Shown in pieces: positions 9,006 to 18,804 of a DNA stretch of 64,000 nucleotides. The stretch is from contig CAYFMJ010000001.1 of assembly GCA_964344235.1 (NCBI GenBank), positions 224,001-288,000 on the forward strand, read 5' to 3'. The position numbers and the translations under genes were made by a program. The notes below the pieces were generated by a model that did not search any database, was not told the origin of the DNA, and saw nothing but the letters and a program-made list of their open reading frames with translations. This stretch comes from an uncultured Methanosarcinales archaeon. GTDB lineage: Archaea > Nanobdellota > Nanobdellia > Woesearchaeales > GW2011-AR9. Positions within the stretch are counted from its first letter, which is position 1, and every line of letters begins with the position of its first letter.

Positions 9006-9394
9006 GTTATCTCTAATTCTTTGTAATTTGTTTCTGGATCTAGTGTTCTGTGAAATTGAAAGGTGTTTTCGGTTCCGATTACGACTTCAGCAGTTGTGCA
9101 CACTATTGCCTCTTTAAGGTGGCCCCCGATTGTTTTACCTGTTCTGTCTGAAACTGATAGGTGAAGATGAACACCATTTTGTGAAAGTGTTCCTACAAGT
9201 GAAGTTATCTCATATGTTTCTTCAAACTTTGCTTCGGTGTTGTCTGCTAACCGTAGCACGACTTGTTTTACACTTCCAACACAGGTTATAATGAAACCTG
9301 CTTTTAGTTCTTCTTTTGCTGTAAATGTTTCCAATTCTGTTCTCATTTCTTGATTTGGTCTTAGTCGTAGCGCGTGTGTTTTCACTTCAACCAC
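8993..9394 (-). CDS. PPC-domain (DUF296) protein
   Basis: ALRLRPNQE, TCVGSV, EITSLVGTL, HLHLSVSD...GGHL. Confidence 0.88.
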   Translation of the reverse strand: MVEVKTHALRLRPNQEMRTELETFTAKEELKAGFIITCVGSVKQVVLRLADNTEAKFEETYEITSLVGTLSQNGVHLHLSVSDRTGKTIGGHLKEAIVCTTAEVVIGTENTFQFHRTLDPETNYKELEITCQQ

Positions 9395-10902
9395 ACTCTC
9401 ATTTCACGTAATTGTTTAATGTCATTCCGATACAAATTTCGAATATCAGTAATGTTCCAATATTCTGCGATAATCCTCCCCATCCCCTGGCCCCAGGCTA
9501 AGACGGGGCAATCAAAGCCGAGAAGTGGTTTCACTACTTCCGGACGGAAGATACCAGCTCCACCTAACTCTACCCATTCTTTCTTGACAGGATGGAAGAC
9601 ATCGACTTCCAAGCTAGGTTTAGTATATGGAAAGTGTGCGGGTCGCATTCTAACTTTTGGGAAACCCATTTTTTTGTAGAATTGGGTTAAATAACCTTTC
9701 AAATGTTTTAAGTTTGCATTAGGGTCAACAACAATACCATCAATTTGATAGAATTCAAATAAGTGTTTCCAATCTAAATCTTCATTTCTGAACACTTTAC
9801 CTACGTTAAAGAACTTAGCGGGTAGGTCTTCTTTCTTGAGTGTTGCGAGTGTTTGTGCTGATAGCACAGTAGTGTGGGTTCTCAGCAGTAACTGTTTTGC
9901 TTCGTCTTCTGAGAAGCTATATTGCCATCCAGTGCTGCCGGTGTCCCCACCATTTTCGTGAACTTCTTTGATTTTTTCCCAGATTTTTGGTAGAGTCGCT
10001 TGACCTTCTACGTAAAATGTGTCCTGCATTTCTCGGGCAGGATGGTCTTGTGGTACGAATAATGCGTCTAAATCCCAGAATGCAGATTGGACGTAATTAC
10101 CGCTCATTTCTTTGAAGCCCATGTCTAGCCAGATTCGCTTGATATATTCAATTGCTTCCGTAACAAAGTGTTTTTTGCCACCGTTAATTTTTGGAACGTT
10201 AATCTCTACGTCATACGCACGGAATTGTTTATCCTGCCATTCTCCCGTTTTTAACATGCCAGACGTGAGGCGGTTGACGACTTCTCCTGCGAGGTCTGCG
10301 TTTGCGATTATGGTGCCGTCTTCTGTTAAGGTAATTGTTGTTTCTTTGCTTTCTTCTATTTTGATGAATTGTTTTCGCCGCTTGAGGTCTTTGATAAGTT
10401 CTTTTTCCGCTTTTGTTAGATCGACAGTGTTAATGGGGAATTCTTTTTGAAGAAATTCTTCCTCTGGTTGCGGGGTTGCAAGAAATGTTTCTCCAACCTC
10501 TGTTATTTTGACTTGCAGTGTTTCGTCTTTCTTCGTTTCGATAGCGTTTTTACGTTTTAGTAAACCGAGACAGGCATTAACTTCTTCGCGGGACAATTTC
10601 GATTTTTTGGTAATGATGTTAAGCCCTTTGAATTCGTTGCTAAGAGCGCCGAGGAATGCTTTCTCTGGCACGCCGTGGTGTTTGTAGAGTTTACCGTTTT
10701 TGTCTAAGGAGACTCTTTCAATCTTCTTAGAATGGATCTTGAGCAGTTGTTTATTTTCTAGCCATTGCAATGCTCGAGTGACTTCTACTTCACTGAGTTT
10801 GGTCGCTTTTGCTATCGCTGAGAGTTCTGTATGGTCTCGTAATGCAGGTAAAACAACTCGTTCTAATGGGTGTAATTTAGCGATAATTTTAGCTGAATCC
10901 AT
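9382..10902 (-). CDS. pheS: Phenylalanyl-tRNA synthetase alpha subunit
   Basis: FWDLDALFVPQDHPAREMQDTF, LLRTHTT, VFRNE, HLFEFYQIDG, FPYTKPS, LGGAGIFRPEV. Confidence 0.96.
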   Translation of the reverse strand: MDSAKIIAKLHPLERVVLPALRDHTELSAIAKATKLSEVEVTRALQWLENKQLLKIHSKKIERVSLDKNGKLYKHHGVPEKAFLGALSNEFKGLNIITKKSKLSREEVNACLGLLKRKNAIETKKDETLQVKITEVGETFLATPQPEEEFLQKEFPINTVDLTKAEKELIKDLKRRKQFIKIEESKETTITLTEDGTIIANADLAGEVVNRLTSGMLKTGEWQDKQFRAYDVEINVPKINGGKKHFVTEAIEYIKRIWLDMGFKEMSGNYVQSAFWDLDALFVPQDHPAREMQDTFYVEGQATLPKIWEKIKEVHENGGDTGSTGWQYSFSEDEAKQLLLRTHTTVLSAQTLATLKKEDLPAKFFNVGKVFRNEDLDWKHLFEFYQIDGIVVDPNANLKHLKGYLTQFYKKMGFPKVRMRPAHFPYTKPSLEVDVFHPVKKEWVELGGAGIFRPEVVKPLLGFDCPVLAWGQGMGRIIAEYWNITDIRNLYRNDIKQLREMRVWLK

Positions 10903-11006
10903 TGCTATTTAGAATGATGGTTGCTTTATAAAATTAATGGGGTTGGTTTTTGTTGTAATGTTTCGAGAAGATAAATTGTTTTAAATCTGAAGGGAATACC
11001 TTTACT

Positions 11007-12101
11007 ATGTTTGATCCTCATTGGCATGCACGTGATGGTGTACAGCGCCATAAAGAAACGGTTGAACACTCTCTGCGTGTAGCATATGCAGCGGGATTGG
11101 ATGCCATTGCAGCGATGCCGAATACTGCTCCTCCGTTAGTAGATTTAGATTCTTGCCGGAACTATTTGAAGTTGACAGAAGGTTCCAATGTTCCCGTACG
11201 TTTTTATGTTCATATTGGATTAACGCCAGATGTAGAGCAAGTGAAACGAGCTGTTGAGGCGTGGAGGCAAGAGCCAAGAATTATTGGCATGAAGGCGTAT
11301 TGGGGAAGGTCAACAGGGAATTTAGGTATTGTTGACAGAAATGATCAATTTCGTGTACTAAATGTGCTTGCTGAAGAGGGATATACTGGTGTTTTAGTGA
11401 GTCATTGTGAGAAAGAGGCGGAAATGGATGATACAGCGTATGATCCAAAAAACCCTCGAACGTGGAGTACACTGGCTCGGCCGGAGAGCGCAGAGATTCA
11501 ATCTTTTAGAGATATCTTTCTTGCTGCTACTGTCGCTCGGTTTCGAGGAACGGTTCATGTGGCTCATGTGAGTACGACGGAGGTCGTTGATACGATTCAT
11601 GATTATAATCAGAACTTGACACAAGACGATGTTGGTGATACTGTTCTGCTGAGTTGTGGGATTACGCCACATCATTTATTTCTTGATTATACAAAACTTG
11701 ATGACCCTCAAACAGGTCCGTGGTACAAATGCAATCCACCGTTACGGTCACCGGAAACGCAGCAACGTTTGTTGCAAAGGTTGTTGGAAGGCAAGATACC
11801 AATAATTGAAAGTGATCATGCTCCTCATACAAAAGATGATAAAAATCAGGGGATGCCTGCCTCAGGCTTAGCGAGTGGCACTGCTTGGCCGTTTGTTGTG
11901 GAACATCTGAAGCAGTTAGGAATGTCAAAAGAGAGAGTTCGGGAAGTTACATTTGAGAATGCCGTTAGATTGTATGGTCTTGGTGGAGACTTGAGAGTTT
12001 TTGGTTATGAAAGGCGTGATCCTAATTTGCAAGTGTTGAAAGCGTTGCAGGGAGATTATCCTCACGACCCATTTGTAGATATGTTTAAAGTAGAAGACTA
12101 G
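11007..12101 (+). CDS. pyrC: Dihydroorotase (amidohydrolase superfamily)
   Basis: DPHWHARD, AMPNTAPP, HCE, HVAHVST, CNPPLRS, ESDHAPH. Confidence 0.85.
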   Translation: MFDPHWHARDGVQRHKETVEHSLRVAYAAGLDAIAAMPNTAPPLVDLDSCRNYLKLTEGSNVPVRFYVHIGLTPDVEQVKRAVEAWRQEPRIIGMKAYWGRSTGNLGIVDRNDQFRVLNVLAEEGYTGVLVSHCEKEAEMDDTAYDPKNPRTWSTLARPESAEIQSFRDIFLAATVARFRGTVHVAHVSTTEVVDTIHDYNQNLTQDDVGDTVLLSCGITPHHLFLDYTKLDDPQTGPWYKCNPPLRSPETQQRLLQRLLEGKIPIIESDHAPHTKDDKNQGMPASGLASGTAWPFVVEHLKQLGMSKERVREVTFENAVRLYGLGGDLRVFGYERRDPNLQVLKALQGDYPHDPFVDMFKVED

Positions 12102-12721
12102 TTCCGTATGACCTTAATTCTCTCAATAGTTTTGGTCCTTTGAATATCAGGGGTGTGGGTATTTGGACAAGAAACGTTGAGTTCGTACCTATCAACGAGG
12201 TGAACAAGCTTTGTCATATTGATTGTTCTCGCTAAATCATGAAGGGCTTCATCTCCACTTTTCTGTGGCGTGGGCATGAGATTAATTGTTAGTGGAACAC
12301 CATGTTTTTCGTAACTATCTAATCTTGCGGCAATCTCTTCAGCGCCGTCTCCTGGTAAACCCATCCAATTAATCATAGAATGGGTTGCGGGATAGCGAGT
12401 AATCGTTGGGCGGGGATTGCCGGGCCAAGGATCTGCTGTTACTGTTCCTACGACGACTCTATCAAAGCCAAGATAATGAAGAACTGTTGGGGGGATCTCG
12501 CCATTTTTATTGAAACCAGCGGCATTTGATAATTCGAACATTAGTCTTGGATCGTTTGTTGGGTTATCAAGAACGAGGCGCTCTAGCCCTACTGCGTGTA
12601 GTTGCTGCGCTGCTGTGACAAATAATTCGTGTGCTACTTGTGGGTCTCTTCTTGTAGCATGAAAAAGAGCTGGTTTAAAGAGCTCGTAGCCAATTTCCAC
12701 TGCACGTCGTACGAGGTTCAT
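12098..12721 (-). pseudogene. pyrD: C-terminally truncated dihydroorotate dehydrogenase
   Basis: NAAGFNKNG, GTVT, GNPRP, INWMGLPG, LNVSCPN then a stop 20 codons after the SCPN motif; later KxxPD, NT and GGxSG motifs absent. Confidence 0.7.
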
Positions 12722-12793
12722 GCTTCGTGAAGAATGAGTGAACGTTTATAACAATTTAGATAGTAAGAAATAAAGAAAAGAAACTAGGAAGAA

Positions 12794-13588
12794 TTATTTA
12801 TTCTTCCACATGGTATCAAACATTTGATCCATGGCTGTGGTGAAGTATGGTGTTTTTACCCATACTCCTAAATCGTAGGATGGGTGGACTTCATTATCAT
12901 CCATGGTCATGAATACCATGTCGGCATTGTCAACAGTAACAAACCGTGATTTGATTTTTTCGTTATGTTTGACTTCAGCAACGCCTTTCAAGCTGTCTGC
13001 AACTTTTCGGTTTTCTTTGGTTAATGGAGCGGCAATTCTTACTTTTACGCCGCGTTTCTTTGCTCTTTCTAAACTGGAACGTAAGCCTTCTGCTTTTCGC
13101 ATGAAGCCTTTATCAGAAGTCATGATGTTAACACTTTTCTTTGCGTTTTTAATTAACAGATCAAGATGGTTGTAAAGGTTGTTACGACCTCTTAAACATC
13201 CACTCATTTCAGATGGTTCAACAAGTGAAATGCCGTTTGTATGGAGAGTTTCTAATTCAGTCATTAATGGAGAACTTTTAACTGTATCGAGTCGTTTTAC
13301 TTTCTCAAGGGCATCAGCATGCATGTTCTTTTTTACTCTGTCAACAACTTCTGTTGGAGGGATGGCAATGTATTTGATTGGTTTCCCTAACTTCATAACA
13401 ACGAAGCCTTTCTTCTCTAAGCTTTCAAGAACGTCGTAACTTCGCGAACGTGGAACGTCTGCAATGTCAGAAAGCTCTCCTGCGGTGGAAACGCCTCGGC
13501 TTAGTAACGCCGTCCATAATTTTACTTCGTACAAATTCAAGTCGAAGTATCTTCGTAATTTGCTTAATAATTCATCTTTTACTATCAT
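12794..13588 (-). CDS. TrmB-family transcriptional regulator
   Basis: LNLYEVKLWTALL, AGELSDIADVPRSRSYDVLESLEKKG wHTH plus PLD-like effector domain; GGAGGGG RBS before ATG 13588. Confidence 0.9.
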   Translation of the reverse strand: MIVKDELLSKLRRYFDLNLYEVKLWTALLSRGVSTAGELSDIADVPRSRSYDVLESLEKKGFVVMKLGKPIKYIAIPPTEVVDRVKKNMHADALEKVKRLDTVKSSPLMTELETLHTNGISLVEPSEMSGCLRGRNNLYNHLDLLIKNAKKSVNIMTSDKGFMRKAEGLRSSLERAKKRGVKVRIAAPLTKENRKVADSLKGVAEVKHNEKIKSRFVTVDNADMVFMTMDDNEVHPSYDLGVWVKTPYFTTAMDQMFDTMWKNK

Positions 13589-13790
13589 TTTTAACAACCC
13601 CTCCTTTTTTGGTGTGGCATAGAACCTCTACCCAAAAAGGCCCGATGCATGCGTGATTTTGTTTTTTGTTACTAGGTCATCAGTAACACGGACTACTATT
13701 AAAAGGTTGTGGTTTTGCATCATATAGCTTTTTTGCGTTTTTATCGTCGAGAAGTTGGAAAATAGATACAGAATTATATGGTTTATATGG

Positions 13791-14834
13791 TTATATTTTG
13801 TACCTTAGAATAGCAGCAATACCGCCTAAACCATTGAGCTTTTTTCCGGGTTCGTTATCTGAAGAAAGAATATGGATGTCTCCTTGTAGTGCATCTATTT
13901 GTTTTAACTGCTCATCAAGTTCGTGGTACGAATTATCTTCCCGTTTCTTTTTAATGAATTCATCCGTAACTAATAATGAGCGGACTGCACCGGCCTGAAT
14001 TGCCTGCTGGGATTCTTTCCAACCATATGCAGCGAGGTTATTTTTCTGAATTTCTTTGAGTAGTTCTTCCACTAATATTTGTTCTTGCCGTACTCTACTA
14101 TTTTTCAGTGTTTGTTTCAACTCTGGACGTTTGAGTGTTTCATCTAAGGAGCGTTCGCTCACATCGGAACACGTTGCAAGTGTGATTTTACTCTGCAGTT
14201 CTTGGTTTTTTATTTTTTTCAATAAGTCTTCTTTATAGAATGCAGGTGACGCTACGATAATTGCTTCAGGGTTATGACGGTCGTTGTACACTTCCAGTGC
14301 TTTTGTTAATTCATCATGAAATTGTTTTTTAATTGTTACATCTTTGTTTTTCTTTGGTACATCTCCTTTGATCTTTACAAGAACTTCATACCCAAACTTC
14401 TTTGTGAGTGCGAAGATAGCTTCTTCTCTATCAAATATAAGGAGGAGGTAGTTGTATTTTTGTTGTGCTGCTTCTTTAAGCCGTTGTTTTTGAAAGCTTA
14501 ACCAGATGGGTTTTTGAATAGTGATGTCGGAGCGTTCTTCAATCGGAATAGCGTGGTAACTGTCTTTCGGAATATCTTCGGGTCCTTCTTTGATTTTACC
14601 ATTAACCCTTACTGAGGTGTCAGTGAGCTCAACCGTTTCTGCTTCGATTGTTAGCGTAAGCGTTTTTTTTACGGTCTTTGCGTTTCCAGAGCCTCCAATC
14701 TTTAGTTTTCTCGTGGTTTTTCCTTTGACTAAATCGCCTGGTTCGATGATGTGTGATAAGTACCATAAGTCATCGGGATCAGTAACTCGTAAAGAGACTA
14801 GTCCTGTTTTGAAGTTTGATTTAGAGATGTTCAT
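13791..14834 (-). CDS. pelA: Pelota / Dom34 ribosome rescue factor
   Basis: DDLWYLSHIIEPGDLVKGKTTR, VRVNGKI, SYHAI, C-terminal LNGLGGIAAILRY. Confidence 0.94.
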   Translation of the reverse strand: MNISKSNFKTGLVSLRVTDPDDLWYLSHIIEPGDLVKGKTTRKLKIGGSGNAKTVKKTLTLTIEAETVELTDTSVRVNGKIKEGPEDIPKDSYHAIPIEERSDITIQKPIWLSFQKQRLKEAAQQKYNYLLLIFDREEAIFALTKKFGYEVLVKIKGDVPKKNKDVTIKKQFHDELTKALEVYNDRHNPEAIIVASPAFYKEDLLKKIKNQELQSKITLATCSDVSERSLDETLKRPELKQTLKNSRVRQEQILVEELLKEIQKNNLAAYGWKESQQAIQAGAVRSLLVTDEFIKKKREDNSYHELDEQLKQIDALQGDIHILSSDNEPGKKLNGLGGIAAILRYKI

Positions 14835-14875
14835 GGTGGTTGGAGAAGTGCTTTGCTATAAAATGGTTTTGGAAC

Positions 14876-15241
14876 TTATTGTCTAAACTCAACGTTTTCC
14901 TTCGACTTAAATTGCCTATCTCCTGTGACAAATGGGTAATTATATGTTTTTGCGTAGATGTAACCCACCGCATCAAAAAAAGAAATTTTTTCTTTTTTGT
15001 GTTTGTGGCGAAACAATATTGCCTCTTTTAAGATTATCTTCGTGACATGTACACTGTAGGGAGTCAGTTTTCTAAACCAGTATTCAGCGGTTTGCTTTCC
15101 GTCTTCACGTAGCAAAACCGAGTAGAATTCAGCTAAAGTAGTGTCTGTAATGACGAATTCTTCAGCGAGATACTGTGAAAAATTGGCATTACCCTCGGTG
15201 ATTTCAATGAGAGCATATGTGTCAAGACATTTCTTTTTCAT
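14876..15241 (-). CDS. PIN-domain (VapC-like) toxin
   Basis: LDTYALIE, SFFDAVGY, VTGDRQF acidic PIN residues. Confidence 0.88.
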   Translation of the reverse strand: MKKKCLDTYALIEITEGNANFSQYLAEEFVITDTTLAEFYSVLLREDGKQTAEYWFRKLTPYSVHVTKIILKEAILFRHKHKKEKISFFDAVGYIYAKTYNYPFVTGDRQFKSKENVEFRQ

Positions 15242-15459
15242 ATGAATTTACTCTCCAAGTCTTTTCTGACTTCTTTGAGTATTTTTTTTGTTGATTTTTT
15301 GAAATGGATAGAACCAAAAAGCTCATTGAGGACATTCTTTTTTTTGTGAACTTCAATTGTTATTTCCTCTCCTGGAGCGAGGGATAATTCGTTTACAACT
15401 TTTTTTGGAATGATAATTCCTAGAGAGTTGCCCCATTGCTTGGTTTTTACAGTGGCCAT
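15238..15459 (-). CDS. AbrB/MazE-type antitoxin (VapB-like)
   Basis: KQWGNSLGIIIPK, LAPGEEITIEV; ATGA overlap with the PIN gene. Confidence 0.88.
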   Translation of the reverse strand: MATVKTKQWGNSLGIIIPKKVVNELSLAPGEEITIEVHKKKNVLNELFGSIHFKKSTKKILKEVRKDLESKFI

Positions 15460-15483
15460 GTATAACTTTTTGGTATAACTTTT
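15460..15483. promoter_or_regulatory. Direct repeat GTATAACTTTT x2 directly upstream of the antitoxin start; putative operator
   Basis: Copies at 15460-15470 and 15473-15483, between the start codon and a TTTAAA box. Confidence 0.45.
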
Positions 15484-15569
15484 ATTTAAACTTTTTGGCG
15501 ATATTTGCCGCCTTCTTTCAATATTGAAAAACAGAATACTTTATATAGTGAAAACGTTTATCTTTTCGT

Positions 15570-16796
15570 ATGAGTTTCGCAAAAAAGGGGCAGGCTGCAG
15601 CGGGAGCAGCGGTGTTGGTGTTTATCATTGCTGGCCTGTTAGTGTTGTTTATTTTAGCAATTCCTGCGGAGGATAGGGCTGAGATTTTGGGGGAGGATGT
15701 AAAGAGTAGTTCTAGTAGTAGTTCATCAAGCAGCTCTGATTCTGATAGCGATGAGTTTGAAGATCTCGTGGCGGAGGAAGAGTTATTTGTGATTAGTCCA
15801 GGAAGGATAGATTATTTGGCGCAGAAAGAAGTGGAACATCCGCTGCCAGCAGTAAGTATATTTACGACAACTGATACAACAACGATTGCTGAGAAAAATG
15901 TTGCGTACGCTAAGAAAGGTGTGTTCTCGGAAGAAGTGTCAACATTTTCATTCTCGTTAAGCGATGTTGAGAATACAGAAAATGTGTTGTTGGGGCTACA
16001 TGTTGATGCGGTGAAAGGGGGTTTAGTGGTTTTATTAAATGATGAAGAAGTGTTCCGGTCAGAAGTGGCAGTGGGTCCGTTAGCACCAATTTCTTTACCT
16101 GTTAACTCATTAGCAGAGGAGAATGTTATTACAATTGCAGCGATCTCTCCTGGGTTAGCGTTTTGGAGAACACATGAGATTACAACGAGCAACTTGGTTG
16201 TTGTAGCTGATGTTACAAGCTTTGATTCGCAAAGTTCTAAATCGTTGTTCCTAGTTTCTGATACGGAGAAGAAGAATTTAGATACTGTGAAGCTAAAGTT
16301 CCAACCAAATTGTGTGTTTAGTAAAGTGGGGAAGTTAACAGTTTCTGTTAATGGAAATGTTGTGTACCAAGCGGTTCCAGATTGTGGGGAAGTGATGGTG
16401 CCATTAGAGTTAGACCCAGATGTGATTGAGGAAGGCGAGAATGAAGTAGTATTCCATACCGAGGAAGGGACGTATTTATTATCAAATGTGGTGGTGGAGT
16501 CTGACTTAAAAGATGTTGAGTTCCCAACGTATTTCTTTGATATTGAGCATGAGCAATTTGAAGATGTACAAGATGAAGAGTTACGTGTACGGTTACAGTT
16601 AGACTTTGTTGATGTGGTTGTTTCTAAACGAGGAGATGTTGTATTTAACGGCCATGTAGAAAGTTTTGATACGAAGGAAGTGCAGTTAACGTTTGATTTA
16701 AGTGAGGATATTGTGCAGGGAGTGAATGCGCTTAAGATTAAGCCGAAAAAGACTCTTGAGGTTAGGGAGTTACGTGTTGAATTGGTTGAATCATGA
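15570..16796 (+). CDS. Secreted acidic beta-rich protein with class III (pilin-like) signal peptide
   Basis: KKGQ followed by a hydrophobic stretch; Ser-rich linker; repeated beta-sandwich-like segments. Confidence 0.6.
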   Translation: MSFAKKGQAAAGAAVLVFIIAGLLVLFILAIPAEDRAEILGEDVKSSSSSSSSSSSDSDSDEFEDLVAEEELFVISPGRIDYLAQKEVEHPLPAVSIFTTTDTTTIAEKNVAYAKKGVFSEEVSTFSFSLSDVENTENVLLGLHVDAVKGGLVVLLNDEEVFRSEVAVGPLAPISLPVNSLAEENVITIAAISPGLAFWRTHEITTSNLVVVADVTSFDSQSSKSLFLVSDTEKKNLDTVKLKFQPNCVFSKVGKLTVSVNGNVVYQAVPDCGEVMVPLELDPDVIEEGENEVVFHTEEGTYLLSNVVVESDLKDVEFPTYFFDIEHEQFEDVQDEELRVRLQLDFVDVVVSKRGDVVFNGHVESFDTKEVQLTFDLSEDIVQGVNALKIKPKKTLEVRELRVELVES

Positions 16797-16866
16797 GTAA
16801 GCTTTTTATAGCCTGATTGTTTGTTTTTTCTTGATAGAAGTTTCGTTAACGAAAAAAGAGGAGATT

Positions 16867-18804
16867 ATGGTAGATGATGGCCCTTCAAGGGAGGAGATGA
16901 GCTGGTTTAGGAAAACTGCACGTCAGTTTAGAAGAGATGCTGAGAAAGTTCGCAGAGATGCGGGTGGTGCTCCTCGTTGGAAGCTGGGTGCTAAAAAAGC
17001 AGGGGTTAAAGTTGTTGCGGGAACAGCAGCAGTTGGTGGGGCAGCGTGGAGTGCTGCCAGTGCTGCTGGAAGGGGCGCAGCAAATCAAGCGAAAGGGGCA
17101 GCGAGTAATATCAGTTTTTGGATTTTAATTTTGGGTCTTGTTCATTATTTCCTTCGAATTTGGATTGGGTTTACGGAAGGATTGGCATTAGTATTGGTGT
17201 TTTCTATTGCATTCTGTTTTGCGGGATGTTATGCGCTAGCGTTGAAAGTAGAAAGAGACCGGATTGCCATTTTGATTCCGGTAATAGCGTTTTTAATTTG
17301 GTATTTTGCCTTTGATGCAGCGTTCGATACGCAGTTTTTACTTTACTATATTGCTTCAGTTGTTATCTTGATGGTTATTGTAGGGGCGATTACGCGAGGG
17401 AAAGCAATCGCACCGGAGTTATATGGTTTTATACCAGTAATCTTTTTGTTCTTAGATATTGGATTATTGCCGTTTCTAGTCGATTCATTAAATTGGCCAA
17501 TTACACCGTTAGTTGAGAATTTAATTTTATTTATGCCGTGGTGGGCGTTCTTTGGGTTGCTAACTCTACCGTCGAATGCTACAGGCAGTGGCACAGCTAA
17601 TGGATTAATTGGGTTGTTGAAGCTAGTGGGAATTTTATTTATCATTTTTACATTTATTGCGCCAACGATTCCAGATGTTGGGTATGATTCAACTGCTTCG
17701 GCGATACCACAAGCAGCACAGTTTGAAGAAGCGCAAGCGAAGTTACGGGCAGGCTTACCTCAACAAGAACACCCATTTATTTCAAATTTAGCGTGTATTT
17801 TTGGTGGGCAATATGCCGATGTTTCGGGTTGTGTGAAAGAACGGAATGAGGCAAGAGAGTTGCGCCATCATTGTGAAGAAGTAGAGGGGATCGACCCTTC
17901 AGATACGTTTGCCTATGATGAATGTATAAAGGAGCGGAAAGCACAGAAAGAGAATTCAGCTGGCCAGTTGGAGGGGGCGTTTGACAGATTTATTAGTGAA
18001 CCAATTGTGTTCAAACTGGGTGTGGATGAACGGTTCTTTAATGATGTAGTGAGTTTGTCTCTAACAGAGCAACCACGGTATACTGCAGTCTTAGAATTTG
18101 AAAACCCACCGCAACAACAAATTGGTGTTGAATTAGTTTGTAGTTTTACCAAGAAAGGGAGTAAGGATAGTATTCCGGGTGTTGTTGAAGAAGCGCAACG
18201 CACTGTAACAGCAGGCCAAGGGAAGCAAAATGTAGTGTGTTCTCCAGACCAGCCATTAGAAACTGGAAAATACTCCATTTTCTATAATGCAACACTGGTT
18301 GGTTTAGAATCAAAATCGTACTTGGTGCGGTTCTTTATCGGATCGCAAGATGCGGAAGCGCAAGTGAAGACACTTGATTTAATCGGTAAGGTTGAGGGAG
18401 GGATAGATCAATTTGTTGAATCACAATCGGGAAAAGAATTTGCACTGTTAAAGTTTGGGTTTGGTAATCCGGTTTCGTATCCGATAGTTAACAGCGATAC
18501 TGCTAATGAACTCGCGTTAGCAGTTGAGAATAACGGCCCTGGAGAAGTTGTTGAAATCACCTCCCATGAAATTGATTTTGAGTTAGGTGGGTTTTCAGCT
18601 TCCTGTGGAAAAGGAGGGAAAGTTCTCATTCCAGGTGATGTAAAGAAGGGAACGGATTTAATTCCACAAAGTTGTCCTATTACGAGTTACCCTGCTGATC
18701 CAGTGAACTCTCATGGATATGGATATACGAGAGAGACGTATGAAGGAACGCTTGTGTATGATTACCGTATTACGCTGAAGGAGGATATCGTGATCAATGA
18801 ATAA
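16867..18804 (+). CDS. Hypothetical multi-pass membrane protein with Cys-containing extracellular domain
   Basis: GAGGAG RBS before ATG 16867; about seven TM segments, then a soluble region with spaced Cys. Confidence 0.6.
   Translation: MVDDGPSREEMSWFRKTARQFRRDAEKVRRDAGGAPRWKLGAKKAGVKVVAGTAAVGGAAWSAASAAGRGAANQAKGAASNISFWILILGLVHYFLRIWIGFTEGLALVLVFSIAFCFAGCYALALKVERDRIAILIPVIAFLIWYFAFDAAFDTQFLLYYIASVVILMVIVGAITRGKAIAPELYGFIPVIFLFLDIGLLPFLVDSLNWPITPLVENLILFMPWWAFFGLLTLPSNATGSGTANGLIGLLKLVGILFIIFTFIAPTIPDVGYDSTASAIPQAAQFEEAQAKLRAGLPQQEHPFISNLACIFGGQYADVSGCVKERNEARELRHHCEEVEGIDPSDTFAYDECIKERKAQKENSAGQLEGAFDRFISEPIVFKLGVDERFFNDVVSLSLTEQPRYTAVLEFENPPQQQIGVELVCSFTKKGSKDSIPGVVEEAQRTVTAGQGKQNVVCSPDQPLETGKYSIFYNATLVGLESKSYLVRFFIGSQDAEAQVKTLDLIGKVEGGIDQFVESQSGKEFALLKFGFGNPVSYPIVNSDTANELALAVENNGPGEVVEITSHEIDFELGGFSASCGKGGKVLIPGDVKKGTDLIPQSCPITSYPADPVNSHGYGYTRETYEGTLVYDYRITLKEDIVINE

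Noticed and set aside
11930-12097. Continuation of pyrD in another minus frame (IRITP resembling VKISP)
   Set aside because: It is the antisense of pyrC, and no later DHODH motifs follow
15709-15750. Low-complexity AGT/TCT run
   Set aside because: Encodes a Ser-rich linker, not a repeat element
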